Virus record (IMG/VR): IMGVR_UViG_3300028840_005337
Span: 62,001 to 126,000 of that record
DNA length: 64,000 nucleotides
Direction: 5' to 3' (one strand)
Source of the DNA: an uncultured virus (IMG/VR IMGVR_UViG_3300028840_005337)
Lineage: Duplodnaviria; Heunggongvirae; Uroviricota; Caudoviricetes
Part shown: positions 47,576 to 59,027 of the stretch, in pieces
Position numbering within the stretch: the stretch's first letter is position 1
How the letters are laid out: each line of letters opens with the position of its first letter
Made by a program: the position numbers and the translations under genes
Notes under the pieces: generated by a model
The model's input: only the letters and a program-made list of their open reading frames with translations
Told to the model about the DNA's origin: nothing
Databases searched by the model: none

Positions 47576-49822
47576 GTAGAAAGCATACTGCAGAGATCTT
47601 TCCTATCCAGGAATTCCTGGATGCCGGCGTTAAGCCTCAACGGCCACTGCGGCTGCGAGAGGGCGACGCCTGGATAGTTCGCAAAGAACCATTAAACCTC
47701 GACCAGCCAGGCGCAGAAGATCCGCTGGATTGGGCGATCGTCGAATCGGGACAGCTGGTCAACATCCCGCTGATCCCGTACCGCAGTCGCCTCGATCTTA
47801 TGCACATGTTGCTCGGGGCAATGGATGTGATCCAGAGGTACGTTGAGCGGCAGCCGCATGCTGAGCGTACCCATATCATCTTAGGTGATCCAATCGAGCG
47901 GCTCGACGCCGAAGGCGTGTACCGCTACTGGATCGGTTTTGCAGTGCAGACTCAAGAGGCCCAAGGCTAATGAGCGAGAACCCAATGGCGCCGCAGCCGC
48001 CACAACAATTCATGCAGCTGCCGGCGCAGGTGGAGCAGCCTCCCCAACAGGAGGCGCCCCAGCCGCAAACCCCCGCTGAGCCGCCACAGCAGCGACAGCG
48101 GAGCTTGCAAGAGTATGCGTCTGGATACGCACAGCTCGCACGCGAGCTGACGCGTCAGAACGATGCGTACGGACACTTTCGGAACGTGGTGACCAGGATC
48201 GACGAGCTGATCAAGAACCCAGGGCAAGCGCCCAACGGGTTACCGTTCGTCACGTTTACGTTTCCCGTAACGGACGGCACGGTGCCGGGCGAGCTCAAGC
48301 TCGATCTCAACACCATGCCGACTTCCGTACTTGCGGCCATCAGGCCACTCTTCGACCAACTGCAGCAAACCTGCGGCGCTGACTTCATCGCTGCCATGAA
48401 AGGTTTCTACCAGCTGGATGCGGAGACACGGCCCGTTGTGGAAGCAATGGAGGCAGCGACCAGTGGCGGATGATGGCGACATCAACGCCTCCGAATTGAT
48501 TGATCCAATGTACCGGCTACCATTCGACGGTTATCGCATGCACGTCGAATGGGCACCGGCCGGTGCGCGCCTGGGGACGAACTTCGCCCATGTCAGGCGG
48601 CTGGATCGTGGCCAATCAATCGCTGAGTATCCTGCGATGCTCGTGTTTGGAAATACGCCCGAGGAGCGCACGTCGCTAACACGCGATTCGCTGCTTCTCG
48701 CGGCCATGCTGGACTACATCAACTCCGGAGGCGATCCGGAGGTAGTCTGTGAGATTGCGGACCAAGTCCGACAGCTGGAGCCGGTGAAAACGCCTGGCTT
48801 CGAGCTGATCCTTGCCTACGAACAGGTCGATCGAGTCCTCTACTACGAATCCAAAGACGGTAAGTACGTGGAGGTCGTGGTTGACCACTGGGCGGACGAA
48901 GCGGAGGTATCAGGGCTGCCCGACGTGTCGGATTGTACCGACATGGTTGCACGGCACCCAGAACCCGTACACTTAGGGGAGGAGGAAGATGACTCAGTCG
49001 ACCCGCACCTCTGATGTCAAGATTGCCATTCCGCGGTACAACCTGGGGCGCATCATCCAACTGCGCGACAAGCTGTGCACGGACTCGATGACCGAGTGGT
49101 TTGGTTTTACTGCCATCGGAGAGCACTTCGACCAATTCGTCGACCAACTCACCGAAGCGATACCTCGAGCCAAACGCCAAGCGGTGTACGACAGCTGTAC
49201 CTGTCTCGCTGGGGAGTACCTCACCGAGGCAAGGCTGCGTACGCTGTTTTGGCGACTGGCCGGGAACACCGACAGCCTGCGGCGCGGTGTTGCTGTGCCC
49301 CCGTGGCACGTACAGTCAGAGCGAGAGTGGATGCCGGTGCAGGTCACCGGCTGGGAATTCTCGCAGAACAAGTGGGGCAAGCCCGGCGGTCTGTTTGCCA
49401 TGCGCATCCTGGCCGGATCGGCGTGCCCCATGCGAATCATAACCTTCTGGACAAGGGGATTTAGCAATCTCATTGCAAGAGGTGCGGGATATACTTCTTA
49501 CCGACATGATTATCCGTTTGGGCATCCCTCCGAGCTTGTTGGTCTCCGACTCTGGGCGCTCATCGACCCAGCTTACTGCCAACAGGGACGCCCGGGTTTT
49601 CGAGAGGTGTCTTGTACGCAGACTCTACGGAACTGGAATCGGGGGATCATCCGCAAACGATTCCGACACGGCTGGGAATGTCCACGAGGCTACGAGAGAC
49701 ACTGTTACAAGTGCCACGTTGGGTACGACCAGTGCCCGGCGGCGACGCACAGAACCACAAAGGAGTGCGAAGATGCCCCTGAGTCACAAACAAATACAGA
49801 AGCTGGAGAAGCGCACACATGA
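47572..49822 (+). CDS. Four hypothetical genes (47572-47970; 47970-48473; 48463-49014; 48989-49822 with Cys-rich end)
   Basis: Chained ORFs with RBSs. Confidence 0.6.
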
Positions 49823-50937
49823 GCTCGGTGAGGAGCTCGGTGATATAGAGCAACGGCGGAAGTCGCGGCTGAGAATGCACGACTTTATGAACGCAATCAA
49901 CGAGGACGAGCGTGTTGAGCTCACCTGCACAGAGGGTGACATCTGGCTAAACGTCCGCATCAGCGAAGGTAATAACCGCTCCGTAGAGAAAGACACCATG
50001 TATCAGAGTGATTTCATGGCGCGGTTGCATACTGCCTTTCCTCTCATGCTTAAAGCACTCGTTGCTGAGTGCTGCAGTGACGCCGACGCCGACTACGAAC
50101 GTCGGCTTCTTGCGGTTGTCCCGTTAGAAGAAGAACCCGAAGAAGAGGACAGACGGCGTCCACGCGGATTGCGTCTGCCTGGAGTTACCGATGGAGACGA
50201 AAAGACTGAAGCAGTTGGAGAGCAAGCGGAATAACGCAGAACGGGTGCTGCAGCTGCTCACAAACCGCGAAGACATCAACCGGTTTCTCGATATGATCCT
50301 CGGAGCGCTGCGTGACGGGGAACCGCTACACATCCAGCTCGACTCCCGTGACTACTTGGAGCTCGGGCGCAGCAGCCAAACGGTATACAGTGGCCCGCCC
50401 TCGGCGCTTTCTGAGTGGCTGGCAGTGCGGCACGAGCTTCGTGTCGGCATCTTGGACGTGGTACAGACAACGCTGCAGAAGTGGCGTGATAAGTACCAGC
50501 AAGACTACGAGGACTATCTATGCGATCTGGCTAACGAAGACCGTGAGCACAGTGCAGGCATAGGTGACCGCACGCCCCGTGGTGTGCGTCTACGTAATAC
50601 CGAGGAAGAAGGCGAGGAGGAGGAAGCAGAGATGGATGCGGCTACGGGTTGGGTGGACGGGCCAGTGCCTGTAAGCCCATCGCCGTCGGAAACACGCGAA
50701 ACCTTTGACGACTTCTCCACCGAGGAACTGCGCGACACGCTCAATCGTATCCACGGCAGCGGTATGTTAAATACGCTGGATGAGGAGCAGATGCGGGCAG
50801 TAGTGGCCGCGCAGGCCGAACTCACTCGCCGCACGCAGGAGGCATCAGATGCCACCAACAGCGACAGCGCCCAAGTCTCGCCGCCAGAAGAAACGCGGCC
50901 GAGCATCGAAGATTCGGAATTCTGGGACCGTTACTAA
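49773..50937 (+). CDS. Two possibly paralogous hypothetical genes (49773-50234; 50191-50937)
   Basis: Similar N-termini (KQIQKLEKR / KRLKQLESKR) and shared RxPRG(L/V)RL motif. Confidence 0.55.
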
Positions 50938-50962
50938 GGAAGGCCGAGACGCCGTAGAGCAG

Positions 50963-51634
50963 ATGCTATGTGATATCGATATCCAGCAAGCTGCCGAGTA
51001 TCTCGACTACTGGGAAAGCATAAGACCCACCACCGACGACGCACGTTGGCGTAGGTGGGTTTTCGCTTTCCTGTCTATCCAGCGCAACTGGCGCGCCAAC
51101 TATGAAGCGTACGAATGCGTTATGGAGCTCCCTTGGACATCCCAGTCTGAGTTGGAGGATGTGCTGCGGGGCTGCAAAGCCGGACTGCACAACCGCCACG
51201 CTGACTATATCTGGAGGTTCACCGAGCTGTGTACGTCTGCGCCGCGCGTTCTGCGCGGCCCAAAAGAAGTGGGCTTCAAGACCTGGTCCGGGTGGCGTAA
51301 CCGCCTGATCGATATGGAGGACATCAAGGGCATCGGCATCGCCAAGATCGCGTTTGCCCAAGAGATGTGCTATCCGGCCGAGTGCGGCGTCACCTGCTTC
51401 GACAGGCATGGCGCACGGCTCTACGGCGTGGACCCTGACAACGTCACCCCTCTGCAGTATGGGGAGATGGAGAATCACTGGCAGTACGTCTGCCATCAAA
51501 TCGGCATTTCGCCGGCCATGGCCCGCCACATTGTGTGGGATCGCCTCCAGGGTGCGGATAGCACGCGCTACTGGTCGCATGTGTTCGAAGAAGAGGATAC
51601 CCGGCTACTTGTATCGCTGGACGATTTCCGCTAA
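50963..51634 (+). CDS. HhH-GPD DNA glycosylase/lyase-like protein
   Basis: IKGIGIAKIAFA helix-hairpin-helix with Lys; TCFDRH; YGEME. Confidence 0.7.
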   Translation: MLCDIDIQQAAEYLDYWESIRPTTDDARWRRWVFAFLSIQRNWRANYEAYECVMELPWTSQSELEDVLRGCKAGLHNRHADYIWRFTELCTSAPRVLRGPKEVGFKTWSGWRNRLIDMEDIKGIGIAKIAFAQEMCYPAECGVTCFDRHGARLYGVDPDNVTPLQYGEMENHWQYVCHQIGISPAMARHIVWDRLQGADSTRYWSHVFEEEDTRLLVSLDDFR

Positions 51635-51643
51635 GATCACACC

Positions 51644-52171
51644 ATGGCTAAACGTAGAATGTTTCAACTTCGACGTAAGGAAGCGCGGGCGGGTGCTCGC
51701 GATCCCTTTTACAATCCCGAACGGGACATCGCTCACCTGGGGCCGAACTTGCTCCGGGGCGCGATGGTCTCGTGCGAGGAGACGTACTGGGAGCCCTGGC
51801 TCAAGCAGTTCATGCTGGAGCAAGGCATCAGCTACCAGACGATTGTGGATACGAATGCTCCTGTCATCCTGGCACGGGCGTTCAACCGCATTGTCAAGGC
51901 AGAGAATCCCAAGGTGGCGCTGGAGGCCGAAGGCTTCCACGAGCTGCCGTCGGCGATTCAAATGCTTTTCTATACCCGCATCGGGCAGGTCTGCTTGGCC
52001 ATGATCTGGGCGGGTGTGAAGGATGTGTCCAAGCCTGACGACGCACCGCCAGCGACGGTTGTAAGCCTGCTGACGGACGTCGAGGACGGTTTCAAAACGT
52101 TCCTGGAAGGGAGCGACGAGGACGAAGATGCCGCGGACGGGAGCACCCCTGATCCAAGCCAATCCCAATAA
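51644..52171 (+). CDS. Hypothetical protein
   Basis: ORF in operon context. Confidence 0.6.
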   Translation: MAKRRMFQLRRKEARAGARDPFYNPERDIAHLGPNLLRGAMVSCEETYWEPWLKQFMLEQGISYQTIVDTNAPVILARAFNRIVKAENPKVALEAEGFHELPSAIQMLFYTRIGQVCLAMIWAGVKDVSKPDDAPPATVVSLLTDVEDGFKTFLEGSDEDEDAADGSTPDPSQSQ

Positions 52172-52232
52172 CTTACGAAGTGCGATGACCCGCGTTATCG
52201 CGCTGAGCCGACAGCTACAGTTGGTTGCTAAA

Positions 52233-53057
52233 ATGTCAGAACGATGGTTTCAAGAGTTCGCCGACCGTTACGGCTTTCCCGCAAATTACACCTGCGTGGA
52301 CTGCGAGACGAACGGCGTGGACGTAGAACGCAGTCTCATCTGCTCTATCGGGCACACGATCGTACGTGATGGCGTGCCTATTGAAACCCGGGAGGTCTAC
52401 CTGAACTGGCCGGACTTCCCTGACATTGACCACGAAGACTTCCAGCGAAAGCTGTACCAGACTCAGCAGGCGATGCAGTCGCGCGGCAAGGGCTTCCACC
52501 ACACGTGGGAGCGGCTGCGCAACGAGGGTGAAGACCCCATCGCCACCCTCGAACAATATCTCACGATGTTCGAGGACATGGAGGAGCGTCGAGAGGTCGT
52601 CGTTGCCCACAACGGGTGGCGGTTCGACATCGAGCTCTTCCAAGCGCACTTCCACAACTTCCTGCGCATCCCGTTCGTCTTCGAGCCTGAGCTCGTCTAC
52701 GACTCCGGGATCGTCGAGAAGGCCAGTCAGCTTGACGACTACGACGACCCGCTGCCTCTGCCTGGCGAGACCATGCAGCAGTGGGCGTGGCGCATCGGCG
52801 AACTCCGTCGGCGCGGCGTCATGTGGTCCCTCGAGGGCCACTGCGATGACAAGTACCGCATCTTTGAGAAGGCGGGCGTCGGCAAGGAAGAGGCACACGC
52901 CGCGGGCGTGGACAGCCTCGTCCTGCACTATTTGGTTGAGGAGCACCGCAAGCTTGCGGGCGTTGCCCCTCTCGTTGAAGAAGTCACTGACCACACGCAG
53001 GTGATCGTCAATGGCGAAAGCGAAGCAGCACAAGGATCCGGAGATCCTTCAGAGTGA
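52233..53057 (+). CDS. DEDDh 3'-5' exonuclease (DnaQ-like)
   Basis: VDCETNG, VAHNGWRFD, AHAAGVD. Confidence 0.85.
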   Translation: MSERWFQEFADRYGFPANYTCVDCETNGVDVERSLICSIGHTIVRDGVPIETREVYLNWPDFPDIDHEDFQRKLYQTQQAMQSRGKGFHHTWERLRNEGEDPIATLEQYLTMFEDMEERREVVVAHNGWRFDIELFQAHFHNFLRIPFVFEPELVYDSGIVEKASQLDDYDDPLPLPGETMQQWAWRIGELRRRGVMWSLEGHCDDKYRIFEKAGVGKEEAHAAGVDSLVLHYLVEEHRKLAGVAPLVEEVTDHTQVIVNGESEAAQGSGDPSE

Positions 53058-53637
53058 ACTCGCAGGACTCATACCCGGTTACGTCCGCATCGTTGGGCTC
53101 GACCTGGGTACCAACTGCGGGGTTGCCTGGTGTGACGTGGATCCCGAAAAGCCGATCGTCTGGGACGATATCCAGATGTACGCCGGCCAGCTTGACCTCG
53201 GACTCGGACCGTATGACACCGGTCCCGTCCGTCATATCCGGCTCAAGCAGTTCATGGCCGTCATGCACCCAAGCTTTATTGGGTTCGAGGACGTCAAGAA
53301 CACCCCCACCGTTAAAGGTTTCGGCGGGAAGAAGCTCGGCATGATCATGGCCCGTGTGGCCACAGCCGCTGAGCTCCTGGGTGGTTTCAAGATCACCCTC
53401 TGCACCTGGGCCGAGGAGAACGAGGTGCCCTGCCAAGGGTACGCCATCGGCACCATCAAGAAGTACGCTACCGGGAAAGGCAACGCTGGCAAGCCTGCGA
53501 TGATCGCAGCCGCCAACGAGCGCTTCGGCGCTGACCTCGACCCCGACAACTACGAATCATCCGGCACGGACAACATCGCAGACGCGATGCACATCTGCGC
53601 CATGAGCGTTGAAGGATACGCCAAGGGGCTGGCTTGA
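53011..53637 (+). CDS. RuvC-like Holliday junction resolvase
   Basis: VGLDLGT, GFED, IKKYATGKGNAGK, DNIADA. Confidence 0.85.
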   Translation: MAKAKQHKDPEILQSELAGLIPGYVRIVGLDLGTNCGVAWCDVDPEKPIVWDDIQMYAGQLDLGLGPYDTGPVRHIRLKQFMAVMHPSFIGFEDVKNTPTVKGFGGKKLGMIMARVATAAELLGGFKITLCTWAEENEVPCQGYAIGTIKKYATGKGNAGKPAMIAAANERFGADLDPDNYESSGTDNIADAMHICAMSVEGYAKGLA

Positions 53638-53664
53638 GCCCCAATCTTATTGCTGTGAATAAAA

Positions 53665-54399
53665 TTGGAGGCTCTCTTGCCCGGCACAGCACTCTACATC
53701 GGCGCCATCATGCGTGCCGCCGGTGACGCGTCCACTTACATGGGCCCGGTCCGTGTGCCTCGATCGATGTCGAAGGCCACGACCATCAATGCCCATATTG
53801 CCGAAGTCAATCAGCAGCGCCAGAATGATGCGGCTGCACCGCCGCAGGCGTACGCTGATTCGACGTTGGCCGGGGATCGCCGATACGAGAACCGTATCCA
53901 GCGGCCCGGCCTGGCCATGCTTACCAGCGTGATCATCCTCGATCGCAACGGCAACCAAGTCTACGCACAGGAGACCACAGGTCCCCAACTGCGTGGCAAG
54001 GTTGCCGTCCCGCTGCTGAGCTACTTGAAGGAAGCATACCCGCATCAGTTCTCCGACAATCTGCGATACAGCGACGGCACGCCCGACGCCGCGATTTTCG
54101 GATTCAACATCAAACAGGTGCTTCGGATCGCTGCATTCGAAGTACTGAAGCGGAATCAAAGCGAAGATACAAAGATCCAGGTACCGGTGCGCATGTGGCA
54201 CAATCCGATCGGGTGTTACGACCCGTACGATGTGCTGTTGCCCTCGCCTGACCAAAAGGATCTGGATATTTTCTCCTTGATGCGTTACTTCGGCATTGCC
54301 GAGGCATCGCCCGAAGAGCTGGCCACGAGTGCGCTCCTCCAGGCCCAGGTGGCCCGGGAGCTCGTCTTGGCAGCTCAGCTATTGCCGTTGGGGTCTTGA
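53665..54399 (+). CDS. Hypothetical protein, possible degenerate exonuclease fold
   Basis: IFGFNIK...YDPYD resembles ExoII context without the catalytic Asp; start uncertain. Confidence 0.4.
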   Translation: MEALLPGTALYIGAIMRAAGDASTYMGPVRVPRSMSKATTINAHIAEVNQQRQNDAAAPPQAYADSTLAGDRRYENRIQRPGLAMLTSVIILDRNGNQVYAQETTGPQLRGKVAVPLLSYLKEAYPHQFSDNLRYSDGTPDAAIFGFNIKQVLRIAAFEVLKRNQSEDTKIQVPVRMWHNPIGCYDPYDVLLPSPDQKDLDIFSLMRYFGIAEASPEELATSALLQAQVARELVLAAQLLPLGS

Positions 54400-54423
54400 C
54401 ACACTGGCCAACCCGGAGGCCGG

Positions 54424-54529
54424 GCGCTCGTCGCGTAGTGGTTACGTCAGCGGGCTCATAACCCGCATGGCCGCTGCTGAAGTTATCGGATCTTCCCCAG
54501 CGGTGGGGTTCGACTCCCTAACGAGTGCT
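54424..54529 (+). tRNA. Atypical tRNA-like element, anticodon CAU, with ~37-nt variable arm and no encoded CCA
   Basis: Acceptor GCGCTCG(T)/(A)CGAGTGC; D arm GCGT-AGTGGTT-ACGT; anticodon arm GCGGG-CTCATAA-CCCGC; T arm TGGGG-TTCGACT-CCCTA. Confidence 0.65.
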
Positions 54530-54640
54530 TTGGATCGACGGAAGTTACAGTGTAGTCAAGCCCGGGGAAGGAGGGGCGGGTCGCGGTATCCCCACGCCGC
54601 GGCCCGCCCTCGTGTTTACCACCACTACAGGAGAGACCCA

Positions 54641-56630
54641 ATGTCTCGCATCGAATTACATCACTCCGTGATGGACATCTTTCAAGCGCTCGGCGAGGGT
54701 AATCCCGGCGCGCTGCGCGTCTGTATGGAGCTGATGCAACAGTCCGCCAACATTGACCCGGACAGCGCCCTGGGCGGTATGGGACCGTTGCTGTCGCTCG
54801 ACACGCTCGAGATCTACGGCCCCCGCATTTGGATGCTGTACAAGGACGTGTGCGGCGAGGATCTGACGCTGACAATAGCGTTGCTTCGTGGCCACCAGCT
54901 TGGTATGCTATCATCCGCAGAGTTGAACCACGCCATCGACAACCGTGGCGACGGCATCGACCCCGCGACGGTACTCGCGCTGGTGCAAGAAGAGCTGCCG
55001 GCGTTCGCTACACAAGGAGCGAAAGATGACGAAGTGCAAGAACCACAAGAGGTACAAGGGGATACACCCCCCGCGGTGTAACCGCGGAAAGCCTTGCGAC
55101 GCTTGCAAGCAAAAGTACAAGGAGACTCATCGTGGACGTCTTTGAACCAGGCGAAGGATGGATGGAGAAGCGCGAGCGTCTGCCTGTTCCGAGCAGCGAC
55201 GCGAAATTCGCACTGCATGAAATGGCAGACGACTGGCATTTCTTCAACCACGGCGCACTGTTCGAATACACCACGATCGATACCGATCCCGTGGGTGACT
55301 GGTATGCCCAGCAAGAGCCGGGCACACGTGTCATCCGCACACCGTTTAAGCGTCCAGTGATCGAGGGGCTTACGCGCCCCACGGCGCTGGGCGTTCCGTG
55401 GGGCCACGTCATCTGTGGCGTGCGCAACCACGATTGGGAGGATCTCTTTCCTTTCCTCGGCGGCGTTGTCGCCTTGGACTCCAAGGACAAGGACTACTTC
55501 CAGCTATTCAGCGGCGACATCGAAATCGTCGACCCAGGCGAGGCACAACGCCACAGCGTGTGGAGTCTCGACCTGCCGAAGATTACGGTCACTGTGTTCT
55601 GTGTCGATGGCATGAAGGACCGGTGGCAGGTGACGCCCAGTGTTGGTGGCATGCCGCCACGCTTCTATCGTGTCGACCCCCGCCAGGAGGTCATCGATAT
55701 GGGGCAAGCGGTGCTGTCCGGCGACATGGAGCACCTCCAGTACAAGGACAATCCGGCGTTCAAACCGCTGCAGGATAAGTTCAAATCCATAGTTACACCC
55801 GGAGAAGCGAGCAATGAAGCTCTACATCGAGCTGCCCAGCAAAATCGAGGGAAACTGGACCTTGGTGGACGGTGATGGCAAACCGATCTGCGACAACACG
55901 CCCCCAGGGGCGATGATCGTGCTCGAGCCGCATTTCTACAAGGGCATGCACTCGCAAGCATTACTACGTTCTACTAACGCTGGCAAAAAGGGCCTCACCG
56001 TCGACCAGACGATTCGGGTCTCGGCCACCACCGGCAAGCTGACTGCTGAGTCCGCTGGCAAGGTGCCCAAGCCGATCGAACCGCACTTCGACAAGAAGGA
56101 ACCGAAGAAGTCAGCACCTAAGGAGCCAACGAATGGCAGCTGATACCCCGCCCGAAGAAGAGGGCCTGACTGACGAACAGCTCGCGGAGATCATGCGGCG
56201 CCTTGGCAGTGCTTTCCTACAGGCTGCCGATCCGCCGGAACGTCCGCAGCAAACTATCTACATCGTCTACGGCGTCGTAGGCGACCGGCCGAACATCAGC
56301 ACCGTGCAGAACGAGCAGGCGCTGTGTGACGCCATCATGGAGGCTCGCGTGGCCCAGAACGCCGATCCCGAGAATGAGCGCTACATGCATATCTTCGTTG
56401 GACAGCAGTGGCCTATTCAGAAGGGGCGCGTCTGGTACGTCTGCGCTGGTGAGCGGATGATTCCGGTGACCAGCGAGAACATCGACATGCGCGTCGATCA
56501 GACAGGCAGCCTGCGAGAACCCATCGACTTCGACACGGTCGTACCGTCCCCGCCGGACGAGCCGGAGACCGAAGATGATGAACCGGACGGCGACGTTGAA
56601 GTCGTTCCGGGGCCGCCCGAGTCGGGCTAG
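54641..56630 (+). CDS. Hypothetical genes (54641-55081; 55132-55875; 55814-56143; 56133-56630)
   Basis: Clear AGGAG-type RBSs before most starts. Confidence 0.6.
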
Positions 56631-56665
56631 TCAATCTGACTAACATAACAAGGCATTATAAGGTA

Positions 56666-56697
56666 GACGCCAGCATATCTGCTGGCGTTTTCCTTTT
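56666..56697 (+). terminator. Intrinsic terminator-like hairpin
   Basis: GACGCCAGCA-TATC-TGCTGGCGTT followed by TTCCTTTT. Confidence 0.6.
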
Positions 56698-56714
56698 GCA
56701 GAAGGAGGAGACGC

Positions 56715-58905
56715 ATGTTCAAGTTATCTCCCCACAGACCACGTGGTCCGCAACATGGCGCGATCAACGTGCGATGGGTGGAGGGAACGAAGCTACTGCG
56801 TGTTGTGTACAAAGGTCCCTTTAAGGGGTCAGACCTGATGGACCATACTGCTGGCAAACGCAGGCCGTACGAGGATCTGACCCAGGACGAACTAGATGAG
56901 CTCAAAGCAGCTCAGGCCGCTTTAGGGCGGCCATTACAGCATGCGTAAGCATTTCTACTTCTCCACTCGGAGTACAGCTTTGGATGAGTTCCAACAATTG
57001 AAAATGGGTGGCCGCGAGGTCACTACCAAAGTCCGTGAAACAGCAGATGAGCCACAAACGGCTAATCTGGCTACCGACACCATCGAGTTGGCGGAGCAGC
57101 TGTTTCAGGACTACAAAAAGGGAACGGCTTGGTCGAAGAAGCTTTTCAACGGCCGTAGTGGTTCTCAGCTGATTCAGGCCTTGCGCCTGTGGGCCCAGAA
57201 GGTTGACGTGGACAGGGTTAGCTCCGACGAACCAGTCCTCAACGCTCTCGAGCTTGAGGAAGTGGTCGCCAAGCAAGCCGTCTCGTTGGCACTACCGCTG
57301 CAGACCCTCTGTCGCTGGATCGTCCTCGTGAGGATCGGCGTTGGGCGGCTGCGGCGGGAGCTTCTGGGACTGGTATCGATGGTCCCGATGCCGCCATGCG
57401 GTAGCGTGAGATTGGGGCGCCCAGCTGACCACGTGAGCAAGACTCACTATGTGGTCACGCACGTACTGGGCGATAGGATTTTCAGCAGGGGGTACTTGTT
57501 GCGGTTCACCGACCAGGGCTGGAAGCTCGGCGGCAAGGAAGGCAACAAGTGGTCCAAGGACCTGTGGCTCACGCCCGGGCTCCAAGAGGTGTCTGCAATC
57601 GTCGCGGCCAAACGCCGCAAGATGATGCCAAATGGCAATCCACCGAAAGGCGAGCTGCAGAACATCAACCGGACCTGCAAGAACCTCGAAAAGAAGCTGA
57701 AGGCCAGTCGGCAATCCGCCGGCATAAGCACTGACCAGTTTAGTAAGGCGCACGGTGCACGCCTCGACCTTGAGAACAAGAACATCATGGTCGCTACCCT
57801 GGCCAGCGTAAGGGCGCTGCTCGCACAAACGATCGTCTACAAGGAAAACCAGACCTTGGACGAGATCGCAGCGCGCCATGACAATTCCAAGTTCGCCTTG
57901 CTTGACGATCCGTCGCTCGCAGGGGACGAACAGGAAGCGTTCCTTTACCATCTACAGCGTCGCCGCCAAGCGCAGGCGTGCTTCGCGGAACTCGGGAAGT
58001 TCGTCTTCCCGCGCGGGTACATGGTGTTCTCGGAAACGGGTATACCTGACCACGTCCCGCCTGAGGTCCGTGTTGAACTCACTGGCGTGTCCGGTGTCGC
58101 CGTCGGCTCCGAGTATCTGGCATCTCGGTTCGACATTCCTGTGCTGCGTAAGCACGCGGCAGCTCTGCCCGAAGTGGAGGACCTCACGCCGCTCATCGAC
58201 GCGTGTGGCATTTCTACCCTCCACGGCAAGATGGTAGACGAACTAGACGAAATTCAAAAGGATGCGGGAGCGGCCGGCTCTGAGGATTACATCCGCTACC
58301 GGCTCGTCGGCGAAGAACCAGCCGACATGCCGAAAGCCGACTTCTTCCGCAAGACCAGCGTCCGATTTGTTCCGATGGTGGTGAACTTCAATCGAAAAAG
58401 GCTCTTCGCCGAAGATATGCAGGGCGTCTCCAACGGGGTCAGCTTTGCCATCTCGCACGAAGACGTGAACGAGAGGTTCAACCAATGCCAGCCGAAGAAA
58501 TCTTGAGGCCGCTGTACACCGGAGATGAAGATCTGTCGGTGTGGCTTGAGGGACTCGATGAATGCGACGCACCTAGGCTGTTTCCCCTGTGGCCAGATGA
58601 CTTCCCGAATTATCTGGCGGTATATCTCACAGCCGAGGATGAGCTCGGAGTCCCGCAGAGCAGGCAGGCGATGCTCTACGCCTGCTGTATAGGGAGATTG
58701 TGGTTCTGCCGCGTACCCAAGGCAGAATTCGATGACCACACGACTTTGGAGTAGACCCATGGACGACGACCAATTGGTCGACGACGCCATACAGGCGTTG
58801 ATTGAGATTGTTGAACCTTCGGCCCTCCAGGAGGCCGAGACAGAGTGGACAATCCACAAAGCACGCGATGAGGAACCGGTGGCGGCCGACCTCGTCGAGG
58901 TCTAG
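56715..58905 (+). CDS. Hypothetical genes (56715-56948; 56941-58506, 521 aa; 58485-58754; 58759-58905)
   Basis: Chained ORFs; no motif recognised. Confidence 0.6.
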
Positions 58906-58933
58906 TATCAAGGAGAAAAAAAGGGTAAACTTG

Positions 58934-58970
58934 TCCCTGGGTCGTTCCGTCACGGCCCAGGGATTTTTTT
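58934..58970 (+). terminator. Intrinsic terminator
   Basis: TCCCTGGGTCGT/ACGGCCCAGGGA followed by T7. Confidence 0.8.
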
Positions 58971-59027
58971 AGCTATTGGCGGCAAAACAGTCTGAGGATA
59001 GACTGATGGGCCGGAGGAAAGGATGCC

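Noticed and set aside
58982..59004. Possible late-promoter motif shared with 1682-1706 (AAAAC..AGTCTGA..TA(C/G)ACT)
   Set aside because: Only two instances with different spacing, and one is explained by a small hairpin.
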